A stretch of DNA of 64,000 nucleotides from Puniceicoccaceae bacterium. Lineage in GTDB: Bacteria; Verrucomicrobiota; Verrucomicrobiia; Opitutales; Oceanipulchritudinaceae. The notes under the pieces are model-generated. The model was given only the letters and a program-made list of their open reading frames with translations. It was not told the DNA's origin and searched no databases. The stretch covers positions 29,255 through 93,254 of the forward strand of contig JBFOMH010000011.1 of the NCBI GenBank assembly GCA_040830765.1. The letters run 5' to 3'. The stretch's first letter is position 1; every line of letters starts with the position of its first letter. Below are positions 19,132 to 28,169 of this stretch, piece after piece. The position numbers were made by a program, and so were the translations under genes.

Positions 19132-20412
19132 TTACACGGCCATGGGATTGAACTGGACGCCGCTCCGTGCCCGGGCCTCCTTGGCGCGGTCACGAATCTG
19201 GCGCAGGAATTCGTCGATAAGGGAGGGCGGCATCCCGAAGTTCATGACATGTACGCCAGCAGCGCCAACCTCGATGACTCCCTCAGCGATGCCGAAGGCC
19301 CAATCAAGGGCAGCCCGCTGGAAGTCTTCCTGTTCCATGATGGCGTGCAGGGACGGATCCACGTAGACCCCGGGCAAGCGGCAGAGTACCTTGAAGAGCT
19401 TCTGGCTTCCAACCAGGGGCAGTGAAGGAATGGTCAGCTTGGGGGCGTCCTCCCGTCCGGACCGGACCTGCTTGTACCATTCGGCAAAGGTCGGGACGTG
19501 GGTAATGGCCTGGGTCTGGCAGAAACGGGCCCCCGCGTGACGCTTGAAGGCCAGCCGGTCGACGCTGACATTCATCGGCGTGGAAAATGGATTGGCCGCG
19601 CAGCCGAAGAAGGGGACAATCCCAAGGCGGCTCTTCCAGTCTTCCAGTTCTTGGTTGGCGAAGTGGATCATCTGTGAGCTGTCCATGGGAAACCAAGTCT
19701 GCTGGGCCACCTTGCGCTCCTTGTCCGGGAGCCAGTCGCCGGTCAGCAGGAGGAAATTCCTGTAGCCCATGTCCATCGCCTTTTCGACCTCGCGGAGGAA
19801 GTCCTCCCGGTCGTGGTCGCGTCCGCAAAACTGGATAATCGATTCCACCCCATGGGCCATCACGACCTTGCCGGTCTCCGTAGAATGGAGCGACGGTACT
19901 CCTCCGGCATTGGTTGTGGTATTGACTGCATCGACCTGGTCATGGGTCCGGGCCATGATCTTCTCAACCCGCCAAAGACCGTCCTTGTTCAAGGGTGAGG
20001 CGATTTCCAAGGTGACAACAAACTCCCCCCGGCCCATTTTTTGGGCAAGTTGGGAACTGGCGGCAATATGGGTCGTGTCAATGAATTCGTGGGGGAGGCG
20101 GGTTTCCCGATCCTTGCCGTTGACGAAATTCACATAGCTGGCCGTATTGAGCAGCTCCTCCTTGGGCGGGAGGTGGATTTTCTGCGGCTTCTTCTGGTCT
20201 TTCTTTATCTCAATGTTCGTCCAGACGCAGTCCAGTTCCGGCAGGACTTCGCATTTGCCGTCGAGGGTCCCGCCACAGGGTCCGTTTCGCAGTCCCTTGG
20301 GACAATTCATCGGACAGATCAACTTGGTATGAGTAAGGATGCACTGGCCGCATGTCTGGCAGCCAAACATCTTTTCCTTCATCCATTTTTCTGCCTGGAA
20401 GATGACGCTCAT
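19132..20412 (-). CDS. metF: methylenetetrahydrofolate reductase: Cys-rich MetV-like domain fused to a MetF flavin barrel
   Basis: N-terminal FGCQTCGQC..CPMNCPKGLRNGPCGG..KCEV..CVW; then VVTLEI, QFCGRD, LLLTGD, AANPF, GARFCQTQ, GVHVM. Confidence 0.85.
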   Translation of the reverse strand: MSVIFQAEKWMKEKMFGCQTCGQCILTHTKLICPMNCPKGLRNGPCGGTLDGKCEVLPELDCVWTNIEIKKDQKKPQKIHLPPKEELLNTASYVNFVNGKDRETRLPHEFIDTTHIAASSQLAQKMGRGEFVVTLEIASPLNKDGLWRVEKIMARTHDQVDAVNTTTNAGGVPSLHSTETGKVVMAHGVESIIQFCGRDHDREDFLREVEKAMDMGYRNFLLLTGDWLPDKERKVAQQTWFPMDSSQMIHFANQELEDWKSRLGIVPFFGCAANPFSTPMNVSVDRLAFKRHAGARFCQTQAITHVPTFAEWYKQVRSGREDAPKLTIPSLPLVGSQKLFKVLCRLPGVYVDPSLHAIMEQEDFQRAALDWAFGIAEGVIEVGAAGVHVMNFGMPPSLIDEFLRQIRDRAKEARARSGVQFNPMAV

Positions 20413-20460
20413 AGGGACCTGATTGGGCAGGGAAGTGTTTCCTGCCGGTCGGGAATGGTC

Positions 20461-20522
20461 ATTATAGCAGATTTAGCGGCTTTATCTTGGATTATCCGGA
20501 TTTGTTTGATTGTATTATCCGG
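20461..20522 (-). promoter_or_regulatory. promoter of metVF-ligM with a tandem 13-bp direct repeat (candidate AraC sites)
   Basis: Minus strand: CCGGATAATACAA and CCGGATAATCCAA (20522-20510, 20499-20487), then extended -10 TGcTATAAT (TATAAT at 20466-20461). Confidence 0.6.
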
Positions 20523-20524
20523 CA

Positions 20525-21394
20525 ATGGATAATTTGAATCAAGCATTCAGGCGCCGCAAGGCCCCTGCCCGGATTGAAGTTCCGGAAGGGCAGGTCCGTG
20601 TCCTCGAAAGCCATCATGATGTCGATTTCCAGATGCCTGTCAGTACTTGGTCATTCCACAAGATATGCTGGGTGGCGGTTGGTAAGGGAGAGCTGGAGTC
20701 GGAAGAGGGCAGGTACTCCCTGCGGGCGGATGATATTCTTCTCCTGCCGGCAGATTGGCCCCACCGGTTTGTGGATGATCCAAGGGAGCCACTGACGCTG
20801 GTGATTCTTTGCATTTCCGGGAAATTCATGGAAGCCACCGATGGTGGTGGGAAGCCATCGCTGTGGGAATCGATTCGCGAATCCACAGCTCCCGGAAAGC
20901 CTTTAAGGGCCCGGACCGCTTTTCACCGCAGCAATTTAATCGAGATGTTCCGACTGGCCCTGCAGGAGCAGGGGAGGCAGCGCAGGGGTTGGGAGACCAT
21001 CCTTGAGACAATCGCCAGTCGGGTTCTGGTCAGCTTCGCCCGTGGGCACCTGGAGGAAGGAGAAGTCGATGGAAATTCGAGCCTGCGCTCTGTGGAAGGG
21101 GCCATCGAGTACATTGATACCCATGTCCACGAGCGGCTGACAATCGAGGAAATGGCCAGCCGCAGCAATTTATCTCCCCGACGCTTCACGACCCTCTTCA
21201 AACAGCTGACAGGAGAGACCTTCAGTAACTATTTGAACCAGAAGCGGATTGAGTACGCCTGCCAACGGCTCGATGAGACCGGCCACATTCTTTATGCCTG
21301 TCACGGATCCGGCTTTAACGACGTGGCCTATTTTTATCGCGTATTCAAGAAATTCACCGGGATGACGCCGGGTGAGTACCTTAAAAAAGCTTAG
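20525..21394 (+). CDS. AraC-family transcriptional regulator
   Basis: Cupin domain plus HTH (SGFNDVAYFYRVFKKFTGMTPGEY); divergent from metVF-ligM. Confidence 0.9.
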   Translation: MDNLNQAFRRRKAPARIEVPEGQVRVLESHHDVDFQMPVSTWSFHKICWVAVGKGELESEEGRYSLRADDILLLPADWPHRFVDDPREPLTLVILCISGKFMEATDGGGKPSLWESIRESTAPGKPLRARTAFHRSNLIEMFRLALQEQGRQRRGWETILETIASRVLVSFARGHLEEGEVDGNSSLRSVEGAIEYIDTHVHERLTIEEMASRSNLSPRRFTTLFKQLTGETFSNYLNQKRIEYACQRLDETGHILYACHGSGFNDVAYFYRVFKKFTGMTPGEYLKKA

Positions 21395-21424
21395 TCACAA
21401 TTTGTTCGGAGTTTATGAAATGAC

Positions 21425-21454
21425 AAGGGTGGGCGCTGTGAAACGCCCACCCTT
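21425..21454. terminator. hairpin between convergent genes (probable bidirectional terminator)
   Basis: AAGGGTGGGCG-ctgtgaaa-CGCCCACCCTT perfect 11-bp stem. Confidence 0.7.
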
Positions 21455-21487
21455 TACTCATTCTGCTGCAAGGTGTACCAGCAGGTA

Positions 21488-24400
21488 TTACATCGGTGGA
21501 GCCACTTCGAGGACCAACGCTGTCGTTGCCTGTCTGCTGCCAAGGCTCAAGGGGCCGCTGGCCGCCATGTAATCGACACCGGGTACCGGTTGGAAGACTC
21601 CGCCACCTTCCATGTAGAGGGCGACGACGACATGATAGTCGCCGGTTAAACCCGCATCCGGGAAGGCTAGGACGAGGTTCTTGGAGTCGCTGAGGATATT
21701 GTCGATATCCCCGATGCCATCCCCGTCCCCATCAGCATTGCTGATCTCCGCCAGGACTGCGGCAGGCGGTCCCATCACCGGCAGGCTGTGAGCCAGCGTG
21801 ACCAGCAACTTGCTCTTGTTGCCAGTGAATCCTTCCGGCAGGGAGATATCCACCACGAGGCTGCCTTCAGGATGGACTTGCTCCATGATGAAGGCCTTGC
21901 CGAAGGTCATGGTGGTACCGACCCAGTCATCATCACCATCATCATCCATGTCCTGCATGGCAAAATCACCCGGCAGGCGGATGTTCCTGAAGATGAGGTT
22001 CGGTTTCCATGGGGGCGGTTCCCCATGACCGGGATTCTGGTGCCAGAAACCGCGGTGGGCCGTATGGTCGGCACTGCAGACATCCATCAGGCCATCCTGG
22101 TCCATGTCGGCCAGCCACATGTCGCTGGGTGAGGTCAAGTCATCAATGATAATTTCCTGGGCCCATGGATCCATGAGGACGCCGCCCGGATTCCAGTAGC
22201 GGGTGACTGTAGAATTGAAGATCTGGTTGGCGATGAGGTCCTTGAAGCCGTCACCATCGAAGTCATGGAACCACATGTCGGCTGCTGCCCAGTTGTCGTC
22301 ATCTATGACGACCATGGGCCAGGGGTCGCCCCAGTGGCCCGGACCCGGATTGATGGCCAACCAGATCTCCCCGCGGTAGCGCGGTGGGTTGGTGTCCGGA
22401 ATATCAAACATGGCATTGTAGATGATTTCCGGGTAGCCGTCGTTATTGAGGTCGGCGCTCTTGTAGGCAAGCGTTCCCCGGATATGGGGATCGGTCGCCG
22501 GGTCCATCGGCAAGAGGTGTTCCACCCACGGGATCAGGGGAATCCCGGTATTCTCCAGCCAGCTTCCGACCGCCGAGGTTTGAAAGGCCCCGCTCAAGGC
22601 GAGGTCCTCGTCCCCGTCATTGTCGATGTCGGCGGCGACCACGATCATCGCATTGTAATTGGTCACGGTTGGGTCCGGATTGTGCCGGACCACCGAGCGG
22701 ACCCAGAGGTCACCTTCCTGCTTGTAGGAAAGAACAATACCCGAACCTTCTTCAAGCGGAGCCAGTTCGGGGATATTGCATCCGACAATGATCATCGGCG
22801 CACCGCTATGCTCGATAACCTTGACCCCCCATGGACTGTAGAAGAGGGGATCGCCTTCCGACCAGGAGTCGAGAATTTCCGTGGATTTCACGGTCATGTC
22901 TGGATTCATGTAGTAGACACCCAGCTTGAGGACCTCCAGCGGCAACTCGGGCTCTTCAAAGTGCGGTTCACCAACCATGATGATGTCCTTCACGCCGTCC
23001 CCATCGAGGTCGTAGACATCAAGGTAGATCGCTCCCGGGACAAATCCATCCTCACCCAGCATGTGTTCTTCCCAGAGAAGTGGCCCAGTCAGACGGTGTG
23101 GGTGGTAGGGATTGATGTCGCTTGGATTACCCTGCGGGATGAATAGGTCAAGGGCACCGAAGTCAGCTGCCTGGTCAGGATCGAAGATCAATGTCCCTGC
23201 TGAAAAGCCCCGGGCGTCGGTTGGCTCGACAACGAAGTTTGCGGCCACGCCGGTGACAACAACGAGACCGAGCCGCTCACCTATCAGTTCCTCACCGGAG
23301 AAGGTGAAGAGGTTGCCCTCGATGGGAATGTGGATGTCAATGGGGAATTCGGCCGGGACGGGAACGGTTTGTGTAACCACTGCCGTCGGGGTTGGCAGGG
23401 TCAGGTAGCCTTGGGGCCAGTCTTCCTCGGCGGTCTTGTAGAGCATCAGCTTCAGATCCGGTCCGGTCACTTCCTCAGCGTGGACCGTGACACAGATGGT
23501 CCCGCTTTCACAACTTGGCCCGATGATGGGCAGACCGAGATCCACCCGGCCGAAGTCGAGGCCCGTCTCCATCGAGTAGACGGCGGTATGGGTTGAGAAA
23601 CCACGCGGATCGTCCGGATCCGCTACCATGTCCGCCGAGGAGAGGATGGCCAGGCCAAGATGGGCCCCTTGGATGGGTTTGCCGCTCAAGGGCATAATGT
23701 TGCCATCCGGCGGAATACGCAGGCGTGCCGGGAAGGATTCGGGGACGGGCTGCGGTACGGTGATCATCCAATCCGGCATAGGCAGCCCGGTAAAGTCATC
23801 CGGCCACATGCCAGCCGACAAGTCATAGAGCATCAGCTTGAGATCATCCTCGACGGGAACAGTCGAATCCAGCACCACCGAGAGGGCCCCGGGTGGGTTG
23901 TAGTGGGATTCCTCATACATGTCCGGGGCGGTTTTCTCGAGCGCCTCCATGATGGCGATTTTTGCCAGGAACTCCAACCCGTCCCGGAAAAGTTCCTTTC
24001 CCGGTTCAAGATCGGCAATTCCGGTCGAAGTGTAATAGACCGTCATTCCCGAAGCGCGAACTTGGGTGACGACACCTTCTTGCGGCAGGACAGGTCGCCC
24101 CACAGCGGGATTGGCGACATCATACATCGTATGGATGGCCGCGGTCGGGAAGGCCGATGGTACCACCACGACATGGGTGTACCCCTCGTATTCAAATTCC
24201 GCCAGCGCATCACCAATTTCCGGTGTTGAGTAATTCATCCGTCCGGTCTTGGAGGCCCAGGGCAGGGACATGGCGATTTCCTCGTGAAAAGCGTCTTCCG
24301 TCTGGATTAGCTCCGAATAGATTTCCCCTTCCTGCCATCCGAACTCAGGGTAGGGAGGGACATAGGGAGTCCCGTGGGAAGCCAGCACCACCCCAATGTT

Positions 24401-25288
24401 GTGGTCCTGAACCCCCTCCGGAATGAATTCAGACAGGTACCAAGTCATTGAGACAATGGCATCGCGGAGGCTTTTGCGCATGTAGGGGACTTCAAAGAAG
24501 GGTTCCGCGACCATCACATCCATCCCATGGGTGAGGTGCTCCACCTCTTCCATCTGGCCGGTGATTTCATCGGTATGCGTTGATTTGGCGACCAGCATGG
24601 GGACAACCACCAGTTCATCGTAATCCCCCTGGGCGATTTCGTAGACAACATCCGGGATTCGCGGCACCTCATCCAGTAGAGCGAGAAAGACATCCACCTT
24701 GGCGCCGTGCACCTTGATATCGAGACTGTCGACATGGGCCTGTATGCTGTCGTTGTGAGGGCTGTAGTTTCCGGTCTCCGCGTAATGCATGTAAATGAGC
24801 CCGTGAAAGGCCTCCCAAGAGAAGAAACCGGGAACATCCCCGTGGGGAACAATTCCCACTTCATGGATGATGCCGTTGCCATTGATGTCGCCAAAGATGT
24901 AAGCCAGAGCAGTGGCAATTTCCTCGTAAGCCGCTGCCCACTCCGTGTACTGGAACATGGGCGGCACGCCCAGTTCAACCCCGTGCGGGCCAAATTCGGA
25001 TCCGTCCGGAAAAACAATGGGAATATCACCGTCCTCGGCGGTGGCGGGCTCCCCGTGGCCAACATACATCAGGGCCACCTTGGGAATGCGGTTATTGTCT
25101 TTGGGTTTGTTGACGGCGGCGCGTGCCTTATCAGAGGCCTGCGGAGGAAGCTGGACTTCCGGAGCGTATCTGTCGGCAAGTGTCCGGGACAGCTTTGACT
25201 TGAAAGCCTTGGCTTCCAGCGTGGACAATCCGAGCGGGGTAAGCAGCAATGCGGTGGCTATGCACCATGCGAGCGTGCGGATTTTCAT
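21488..25288 (-). CDS. secreted multidomain protein: class II (HemH/CbiK/CbiX) chelatase-like domain, two tandem ~120-aa domains, FG-GAP beta-propeller, C-terminal domain
   Basis: GGAGGA SD before ATG 25288; signal peptide. Chelatase motifs VGHGEP, HYAETGNYSPH, VVVPMLVAKSTH, VVLASHGTP, YSTPEIGDAL, VVVVPSAFPTAAIHTMYD. Repeated DxDxDG loops (DLDGDGVKD, DIDNDGDED, DLNNDGYPE, DFDGDGFKD, DMDQDGLMD, DMDDDGDDD). Confidence 0.8.
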   Translation of the reverse strand: MKIRTLAWCIATALLLTPLGLSTLEAKAFKSKLSRTLADRYAPEVQLPPQASDKARAAVNKPKDNNRIPKVALMYVGHGEPATAEDGDIPIVFPDGSEFGPHGVELGVPPMFQYTEWAAAYEEIATALAYIFGDINGNGIIHEVGIVPHGDVPGFFSWEAFHGLIYMHYAETGNYSPHNDSIQAHVDSLDIKVHGAKVDVFLALLDEVPRIPDVVYEIAQGDYDELVVVPMLVAKSTHTDEITGQMEEVEHLTHGMDVMVAEPFFEVPYMRKSLRDAIVSMTWYLSEFIPEGVQDHNIGVVLASHGTPYVPPYPEFGWQEGEIYSELIQTEDAFHEEIAMSLPWASKTGRMNYSTPEIGDALAEFEYEGYTHVVVVPSAFPTAAIHTMYDVANPAVGRPVLPQEGVVTQVRASGMTVYYTSTGIADLEPGKELFRDGLEFLAKIAIMEALEKTAPDMYEESHYNPPGALSVVLDSTVPVEDDLKLMLYDLSAGMWPDDFTGLPMPDWMITVPQPVPESFPARLRIPPDGNIMPLSGKPIQGAHLGLAILSSADMVADPDDPRGFSTHTAVYSMETGLDFGRVDLGLPIIGPSCESGTICVTVHAEEVTGPDLKLMLYKTAEEDWPQGYLTLPTPTAVVTQTVPVPAEFPIDIHIPIEGNLFTFSGEELIGERLGLVVVTGVAANFVVEPTDARGFSAGTLIFDPDQAADFGALDLFIPQGNPSDINPYHPHRLTGPLLWEEHMLGEDGFVPGAIYLDVYDLDGDGVKDIIMVGEPHFEEPELPLEVLKLGVYYMNPDMTVKSTEILDSWSEGDPLFYSPWGVKVIEHSGAPMIIVGCNIPELAPLEEGSGIVLSYKQEGDLWVRSVVRHNPDPTVTNYNAMIVVAADIDNDGDEDLALSGAFQTSAVGSWLENTGIPLIPWVEHLLPMDPATDPHIRGTLAYKSADLNNDGYPEIIYNAMFDIPDTNPPRYRGEIWLAINPGPGHWGDPWPMVVIDDDNWAAADMWFHDFDGDGFKDLIANQIFNSTVTRYWNPGGVLMDPWAQEIIIDDLTSPSDMWLADMDQDGLMDVCSADHTAHRGFWHQNPGHGEPPPWKPNLIFRNIRLPGDFAMQDMDDDGDDDWVGTTMTFGKAFIMEQVHPEGSLVVDISLPEGFTGNKSKLLVTLAHSLPVMGPPAAVLAEISNADGDGDGIGDIDNILSDSKNLVLAFPDAGLTGDYHVVVALYMEGGGVFQPVPGVDYMAASGPLSLGSRQATTALVLEVAPPM

Positions 25289-25443
25289 ATTAAATCCTCC
25301 ATAGAGCTTGTTGTTGTTCAAGGGACCCGGGGGGGTCCCTTCGGCGAGATGTTTTGGGGTGTAGTCGCTTGAAAGAAACGACTGAGTCTTGATATAGGGT
25401 ATTTACCTTAAGGTCAAGGTTGAATCTATTCCTTGGATCCAAT

Positions 25444-25490
25444 GAAAAGGGCCTGCCTCCGCCAGTTATGGCGAAAGCAGGCCCTTGAAA
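25444..25490 (-). terminator. rho-independent terminator of aqpZ
   Basis: Minus strand AAGGGCCTGCTTTCGCCA-taac-TGGCGGAGGCAGGCCCTT followed by TTCATT. Confidence 0.75.
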
Positions 25491-25518
25491 TGTAGTGAAG
25501 CGTTCCTTGAGGCTTATC

Positions 25519-26211
25519 TTATGCCGCTTCCTTGCCTCCGATAAACTTGTAGACGACGGCGCCGAGGATGCCGCCGATGATCGGTGCCACCCAGAAGAGC
25601 CAGAGCTGGCCGAGGGCCCAGTCACCGGCAAAGACGGCAACGGCTGTACTGCGGGCAGGATTAACGGATGTATTGGTCACGGGAATACTGATGAGGTGGA
25701 TCAGGGTCAGTCCGAGACCAATGGCGATGGGTGCCATGCCAGCAGGTGCCCGCTTGTCCGTTGCCCCAAGAATAATGATGAGGAACATCATCGTCATGAC
25801 GATTTCACAGACCAGCGCGGCCACCATACCATATCCGCCGGGCGAGTGTTCGCCGTATCCGTTGGAGGCAAATCCGCCGGCGAGATCAAAGCCTGCCTTG
25901 CCGCTTGCAATGATGTACAGGACGGCCCCGGCCAGGACGCCGCCAACAACTTGGGCGACGATATAGGGCAGGAGCTCCTTGCCCTCAAAGCGGCCGGCGC
26001 TCCAAAGACCGATGGAGACGGCGGGATTAAGATGGCAACCGGAAATGTGGCCGATGGCATAGGCCATGGTCAGGACCGTCAGCCCGAAGGCCAGGGAGAC
26101 ACCAAGAAGCCCAATTCCAACTCCGGGGAAGGCCGCGGCAAGGACGGCACTACCGCATCCGCCCAATACCAGCCAGAAAGTTCCCACAAGCTCAGCTCCA
26201 TATTTTTTCAT
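25519..26211 (-). CDS. aqpZ: aquaporin Z
   Basis: [35 protein letters not shown] and [10 protein letters not shown] (two NPA motifs). Confidence 0.96.
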   Translation of the reverse strand: MKKYGAELVGTFWLVLGGCGSAVLAAAFPGVGIGLLGVSLAFGLTVLTMAYAIGHISGCHLNPAVSIGLWSAGRFEGKELLPYIVAQVVGGVLAGAVLYIIASGKAGFDLAGGFASNGYGEHSPGGYGMVAALVCEIVMTMMFLIIILGATDKRAPAGMAPIAIGLGLTLIHLISIPVTNTSVNPARSTAVAVFAGDWALGQLWLFWVAPIIGGILGAVVYKFIGGKEAA

Positions 26212-26366
26212 ATTATCATTCATCACATACCTTGATTAGGGGTTGTTCCATACAGGGGAGAGTAGCGCTAATGTACTGGGATACAACTGCTTGGCAATGC
26301 CAATTGTTGTGCGGCAGCCTGGTCCTGAAGTCCCAGCTGCGGATCATAGCAAGTATTGAAATCTTG

Positions 26367-28076
26367 TTACTCGTGCAGATGAGCACGGTAAAAGGTGTGT
26401 CCCGACCAGGATGCCCGCATGGCTTTTCCGGAAACGACCTCATCAAAGGCAACTCTTTCCGGGGTCGGTTCAGCTTCGGGGCGGAAGATACCTTTTTCTA
26501 CCTGGAACAGTCGTGCTTCCTGTCCGGCCGAGGTCTCTCCGCCACCTGCGGTCACACTCCACAGTTCCCCTCTGCGAATAAATACGGAAAACCCGGGAAA
26601 CCATGGACTGTGGGAGTGGTATGTCCCCACATAAGCCTGCCAGTCCTTGGGTGGGGTGAATTCAGTCGGTCCGGTGTAATGCTGGTTGGCAAGCCAGCGC
26701 GGGCCATGGGTCACATAGATCACCTGGCCTTGGTCGTCCCGTTCAAACTTCAAGTAATAGCGGTCCAGGTCTGGATGGAGCGTGTAGAAGGTGTCACTCC
26801 ATACGTGTTCCAGTTGGGCAAGCGAATCCTCCAAGCGAATCCACAGTTCATCTCCCCTTGCTTCAACCTGAATCGTTTCCCCGTCTGGCGACGTGAATGA
26901 ATCCGCGTAATCGGCTGCATTATCCACCTTGGAAGGGTTCCGGTTTTCCGGGATTTCAGGTAGTGGTAAGTCACGACTGAGTGCGTTCATGACTTCAATT
27001 GCGTAACGCGCAATCCGGTAGGGCTGGCCCGGACCATTGCAAAGCACGACGACCCCGAAACCGGTCTCCATGTCGGCCATGGCATAGGCAGTGAATCCGA
27101 CCATTCCTCCGAAGTGGTGGAGGATGAACCGGCCTTCACGCCTATCCACGCCTATGCCGCAGGCATATCCCCCGCCATTCTCGTTTGGTATCCCCGGATC
27201 GATGAAGTCTTTGAATGCATTTTCAGACAGTATCCGGGTCTCACCGACATGCCCCCGGTTGAGCAAGAGGCGGACGAAGATGGCCATGTCCTCTGCCGTT
27301 GAACTGATGCATCCATCACCCATTGCATAGGGAAAGTGGGGAGCCTCAGCCAGTTCCCGCGTCCTGTGGGCCGGGCGTTCGGCGTCAGCCTGGATGTAGC
27401 CGATGGCCTGACGGCTCCGCGTGGCATAGCTAATCCCGGGCTCAGAATTTGTCATGCCCAGTGGTCCGATGATACGTTCATCAATGACGTCCGCCCATGG
27501 CTTGCCGGCAACGGATTCGACGAGCACGCTAAGGAGCTGGTAACCGACATTGGAGTAATGTAGTCGAGTACCCGGTGCCCAGGCCGCCTCTTGCTCACGA
27601 ATGGCAACAGCCATGTATGGTGAACTCGGCAGATCGTCCCGGTTCGCGGGAATGCCGCTGGTGTTGGTCAGCAAATGGCGGGGCGTGATCTCCGGGTATT
27701 CGGTTTTGATGGAGAACCAGGGCAGTTCCTCCGTGATAGGGGCATCCAGATCCAGCTTGCCTTCCTCCGCGAGGGCGAGCAGCGCCACCGCCGTGAATGA
27801 CTTGGTGATGGAGCCGATCTGAAGGAGTGTCGTTTCCGCAAGGCGCTTACCGAGTTTGCGATCGGCAAAACCGAATGTATCCGAATAGAGAGTCTTTTCG
27901 GATGACGTTAGCGCAATGGAAATACCCGGCGTTCCTGACCAGTCCTGCGTCTGCTTCGCATAGGCCTCAACCAAATGGAAGGCCTGCGTCAATTTATCCG
28001 GTTCAACCCCTGCCAGGCCACTACCTTGGGAGAGTGGGAATAGAAATAACAGGATTAGGCCCAGCCTGGGTTTCAT
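26367..28076 (-). CDS. serine hydrolase, class C beta-lactamase-like, secreted
   Basis: IGSITK (SxxK), HYSNVGY (YxN), HFGG motifs; signal peptide; extra C-terminal domains. Confidence 0.85.
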   Translation of the reverse strand: MKPRLGLILLFLFPLSQGSGLAGVEPDKLTQAFHLVEAYAKQTQDWSGTPGISIALTSSEKTLYSDTFGFADRKLGKRLAETTLLQIGSITKSFTAVALLALAEEGKLDLDAPITEELPWFSIKTEYPEITPRHLLTNTSGIPANRDDLPSSPYMAVAIREQEAAWAPGTRLHYSNVGYQLLSVLVESVAGKPWADVIDERIIGPLGMTNSEPGISYATRSRQAIGYIQADAERPAHRTRELAEAPHFPYAMGDGCISSTAEDMAIFVRLLLNRGHVGETRILSENAFKDFIDPGIPNENGGGYACGIGVDRREGRFILHHFGGMVGFTAYAMADMETGFGVVVLCNGPGQPYRIARYAIEVMNALSRDLPLPEIPENRNPSKVDNAADYADSFTSPDGETIQVEARGDELWIRLEDSLAQLEHVWSDTFYTLHPDLDRYYLKFERDDQGQVIYVTHGPRWLANQHYTGPTEFTPPKDWQAYVGTYHSHSPWFPGFSVFIRRGELWSVTAGGGETSAGQEARLFQVEKGIFRPEAEPTPERVAFDEVVSGKAMRASWSGHTFYRAHLHE

Positions 28077-28169
28077 GCCATGGGATTATTCATTCCAAAT
28101 TCGCTCTTGGCAATAGCGTGTGCAGAATGAGCCACTCACCCGGAGTCTTGTCATGAAGTCTCGGTCGTC

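Noticed and set aside
25289..25440. Cobalamin riboswitch upstream of the chelatase fusion
   Set aside because: No B12-box or other conserved core elements recognisable; only simple hairpins.
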